Shown piece after piece: positions 62,025-64,000 of a DNA stretch of 64,000 bases; within the stretch, counting starts at the first letter, position 1, and every line of letters starts with the position of its first letter. Made by a program: the position numbers and the translations under genes. The DNA is taken from assembly GCA_002688105.1 (NCBI GenBank), contig NZBQ01000044.1, positions 719-64,718 on the forward strand, written 5' to 3'. The notes below the pieces were generated by a model, which saw only the letters and a list, made by a program, of their open reading frames with translations, searched no databases and was not told the DNA's origin. The stretch comes from Dehalococcoidales bacterium (GTDB lineage: Bacteria > Chloroflexota > Dehalococcoidia > Dehalococcoidales > GCA-2688105).

Positions 62025-63200
62025 ATGAAGCAAGCGGTAATTCTATCGGCGGGTGAGGGGCAACGGCTCAGGCCGTTTACGGCTACTCGACCCAAGGTGA
62101 TGCTTTCCATAGCTGGTAAGCCAATACTGCAGTATGTAGTCGAAGCATTAGCTCAAAATGGTATTCGTAATCTGGTTATGGTGATTGGCTACCGGAGGAG
62201 GGAGATACTTGATTATATGGGCTCAGGGGAGCAGTTTGGGGTTGACATAACTTATGTAACTCAGGAGAAGCAACTGGGTACAGCTCACGCCTTGGCCCAG
62301 GCAAAGGAGGTAACTGAGGAAGAATTTCTAGTTCTGCCCGGAGACAATTTGATTGAAGCTGATACTATTGCCCGGTTTGTAATGGTGAAGCCTGAGGCGG
62401 TGCTGGTAAAGAGGGTAGATAATCCAGTCAGATATGGAGTAGTGACCATAGCTAAAGGCATGGTGAAGGATATAGCGGAGAAGCCAGAGGAAGCTAAGAG
62501 TAATGTGGTTAGCACCGGTACTTATGCCTTTACTAAACGGGTCTTTGACTTTATTGAACCTGAGTTGGATATTCCCGATGTCTTGAACAGTATGATTGCT
62601 CGGGGTAAGCTGATTAGTGCTCAGGAGACAGATGGCCCCTGGCTTGATGTAGCCTATCCGTGGGATATATTAAGCCTTAATGATGCCGTTCTTCATCGAA
62701 TCCAACCTAACTTGGGTGGTATTTTTGAGACGGGTGTCGTCGTAAAAGGACTGGTCTCGGTAGGGAAGGATACGGTGGTACGGTCGAACTCCTATATCAT
62801 GGGTTCGGTAGTCATCGGGAATAATTGTGACATAGGGCCCAATGTATGTATTTTGCCGGCGACCAGTATCGGCGATAATGTGGTTATTTCGCCATTTACT
62901 GACATAAAAAACAGCGTTATTGGTAGCGATGTTAATATTGGGCCGGGGTGTATTATCCAGGATTCGGTTATTGATAAGGGATGTGTCATCAACGGACACT
63001 TTACTGCCTGTAGCGGTGAAGCTGATGTCAAGGTTGATGATGAATACCATACGGTGAATATGGGGGCGATGTTGGGTGGGGGGTGTGACCTGGGCAATAG
63101 TGTAACCGCTCAGCCGGGTGTTATTGTCGGTAATCATAGTCAGGTGCAGGCACTGAAGCTGGTCAGTGGCCGATTGCCTGATAGGAGTCTGGTAGTTTAA
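62025..63200 (+). CDS. second sugar-1-phosphate nucleotidyltransferase / LbH protein (tandem paralog)
   Basis: 391 aa. AVILSAGEGQRLRPFT. C-terminal hexapeptide repeats. Confidence 0.8.
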   Translation: MKQAVILSAGEGQRLRPFTATRPKVMLSIAGKPILQYVVEALAQNGIRNLVMVIGYRRREILDYMGSGEQFGVDITYVTQEKQLGTAHALAQAKEVTEEEFLVLPGDNLIEADTIARFVMVKPEAVLVKRVDNPVRYGVVTIAKGMVKDIAEKPEEAKSNVVSTGTYAFTKRVFDFIEPELDIPDVLNSMIARGKLISAQETDGPWLDVAYPWDILSLNDAVLHRIQPNLGGIFETGVVVKGLVSVGKDTVVRSNSYIMGSVVIGNNCDIGPNVCILPATSIGDNVVISPFTDIKNSVIGSDVNIGPGCIIQDSVIDKGCVINGHFTACSGEADVKVDDEYHTVNMGAMLGGGCDLGNSVTAQPGVIVGNHSQVQALKLVSGRLPDRSLVV

Positions 63201-63202
63201 TT

Positions 63203-64000
63203 ATGTGTGGCATTGTTGGCTATATTGGAGATAAGTCGGCTCGGTCCATTCTGCTTAACTGCTTAAGACGGCTGGAGTATAGGGGCTACGATTCCTGCGG
63301 TATAGCTGTGGCCGGCGGTAGCCTTGAGGTGTATAAGGATGCGGTCAGGGTGGAAGAGCTGGCCAGAGTAGCGCCGCAGCTTGATGGGACGGCAGGCATT
63401 GGTCATACCCGGTGGGCGACTCATGGCGAACCGTCTCCAGTGAATGCTCACCCTCACATTGATTGTTCGGGTAAAATTGCCGTGGTGCACAACGGAGTAA
63501 TAAATAATTACCAGAAGTTAAATCGGCAGCTAACTGCTGAGGGGCATAGTTTTGTTTCTGAAACGGATACTGAGGTAATATCGCACCTGATTGAGAAATA
63601 TTATGGTGGCAGTTTAGAAAGGGCGGTGGAAGCTGCTCTGGGTGAGGTAGATGGTTCCTATGCCATCATAGCGGTGATGGCTGGTGATCCTGAATTGGTA
63701 GTCGCCAGGAAAGACAGCCCGTTGGTTATTGGGGTGAGTGATAGGGAGAACTTTATCGCTTCAGATGTGCCGGCGTTACTGGATTATACTAATAGAGTTA
63801 TCTACCTGGAAGAGGGAGACATCGGGGTTGTTACCAAGGACAACATAAAGATTAGAAGATGCGGTAAAGAGGTTGTCGGGCAAGAGCACAAGGTTTTGTG
63901 GCGAGTGGAAGATGCGCAAAAGGGTGGCTATGAGCACTTTATGCTCAAGGAGATTCATGAGCAGCCTAAGGTAATACGAGATACCCTTGGGGAATATATA
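63203..64000 (+). CDS. glmS: glutamine--fructose-6-phosphate aminotransferase, 5' partial (runs off the window)
   Basis: Not in the ORF track because no stop lies in the window. The ATG at 63203 opens MCGIVGYIGDKSARSILLNCLRRLEYRGYDSCGIAV..GIGHTRWATHGEP. The frame stays open to 64000. Confidence 0.9.
   Translation, partial: MCGIVGYIGDKSARSILLNCLRRLEYRGYDSCGIAVAGGSLEVYKDAVRVEELARVAPQLDGTAGIGHTRWATHGEPSPVNAHPHIDCSGKIAVVHNGVINNYQKLNRQLTAEGHSFVSETDTEVISHLIEKYYGGSLERAVEAALGEVDGSYAIIAVMAGDPELVVARKDSPLVIGVSDRENFIASDVPALLDYTNRVIYLEEGDIGVVTKDNIKIRRCGKEVVGQEHKVLWRVEDAQKGGYEHFMLKEIHEQPKVIRDTLGEYI

Noticed and set aside
1-64000. Scan for CRISPR arrays, rRNA, IS elements, integrases, toxin-antitoxin pairs and restriction-modification genes.
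   Set aside because: None seen. There are no regularly spaced direct repeats, no DDE, tyrosine or serine recombinase motifs, and no rRNA-like sequence in the window.

Overview
Gene-dense, mostly housekeeping and accessory-metabolism chromosome segment from an anaerobic bacterium. The gene content is mixed bacterial and archaeal in type: split archaeal-style glutamate synthase, NrpR, MPGS/MPGP, RtcB plus archease, archaeal-type GlmM/GlmU, and a cobamide salvage operon. This resembles Dehalococcoidia/Chloroflexota, but that placement is inference only.

Layout from left to right:
- 106-3142: translationally coupled cassette of a HAS-barrel-like protein, a HerA-like ATPase and a patatin lipase. 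This is my best candidate for an undescribed system.
- 3173-4009: TauE exporter.
- 4156-4231: tRNA-Ala(UGC).
- 4718-9642: mannosylglycerate operon (mpgS, GDP-mannose pyrophosphorylase, AsnB-type amidotransferase, mpgP). It is bracketed by a 44-bp inverted repeat and followed by a 1-kb repeat- and hairpin-rich non-coding stretch containing a candidate sRNA.
- 10695-15626: liv branched-chain amino acid ABC transporter.
- 15833-17398: stand-alone GltB-like FMN protein.
- 17399-18301: 0.9-kb ORF-poor gap.
- 18302-28925: HTH regulator followed by a complete siroheme-dependent (Ahb) heme pathway.
- 29248-35877: promoter and palindromic operator, ferredoxin, FAD reductase, three-piece glutamate synthase and an NrpR-like regulator.
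- 35833-35994: receiver-domain pseudogene remnant.
- 36076-41075: DUF1015 gene divergent from serA, a glyA-like gene and gcvT.
- 41253-44123: rtcB, archease, trpS.
- 44616-46948: Fur-family metal operon.
- 49115-54582: cobalamin riboswitch with terminator and a cbiB-cobD-cobT-cobS-cobC-cobU operon. cobU has no canonical in-frame start codon.
- 54591-58604: Wbp-like UDP-diacetamido-sugar genes.
- 59046-59363: trxA.
- 59515 to the window end: glmM, two NTP-transferase/LbH paralogs and a partial glmS.

I saw no rRNA, CRISPR array, transposase or integrase. All function calls rest on motifs read from the supplied translations and on family knowledge; no database search was run.
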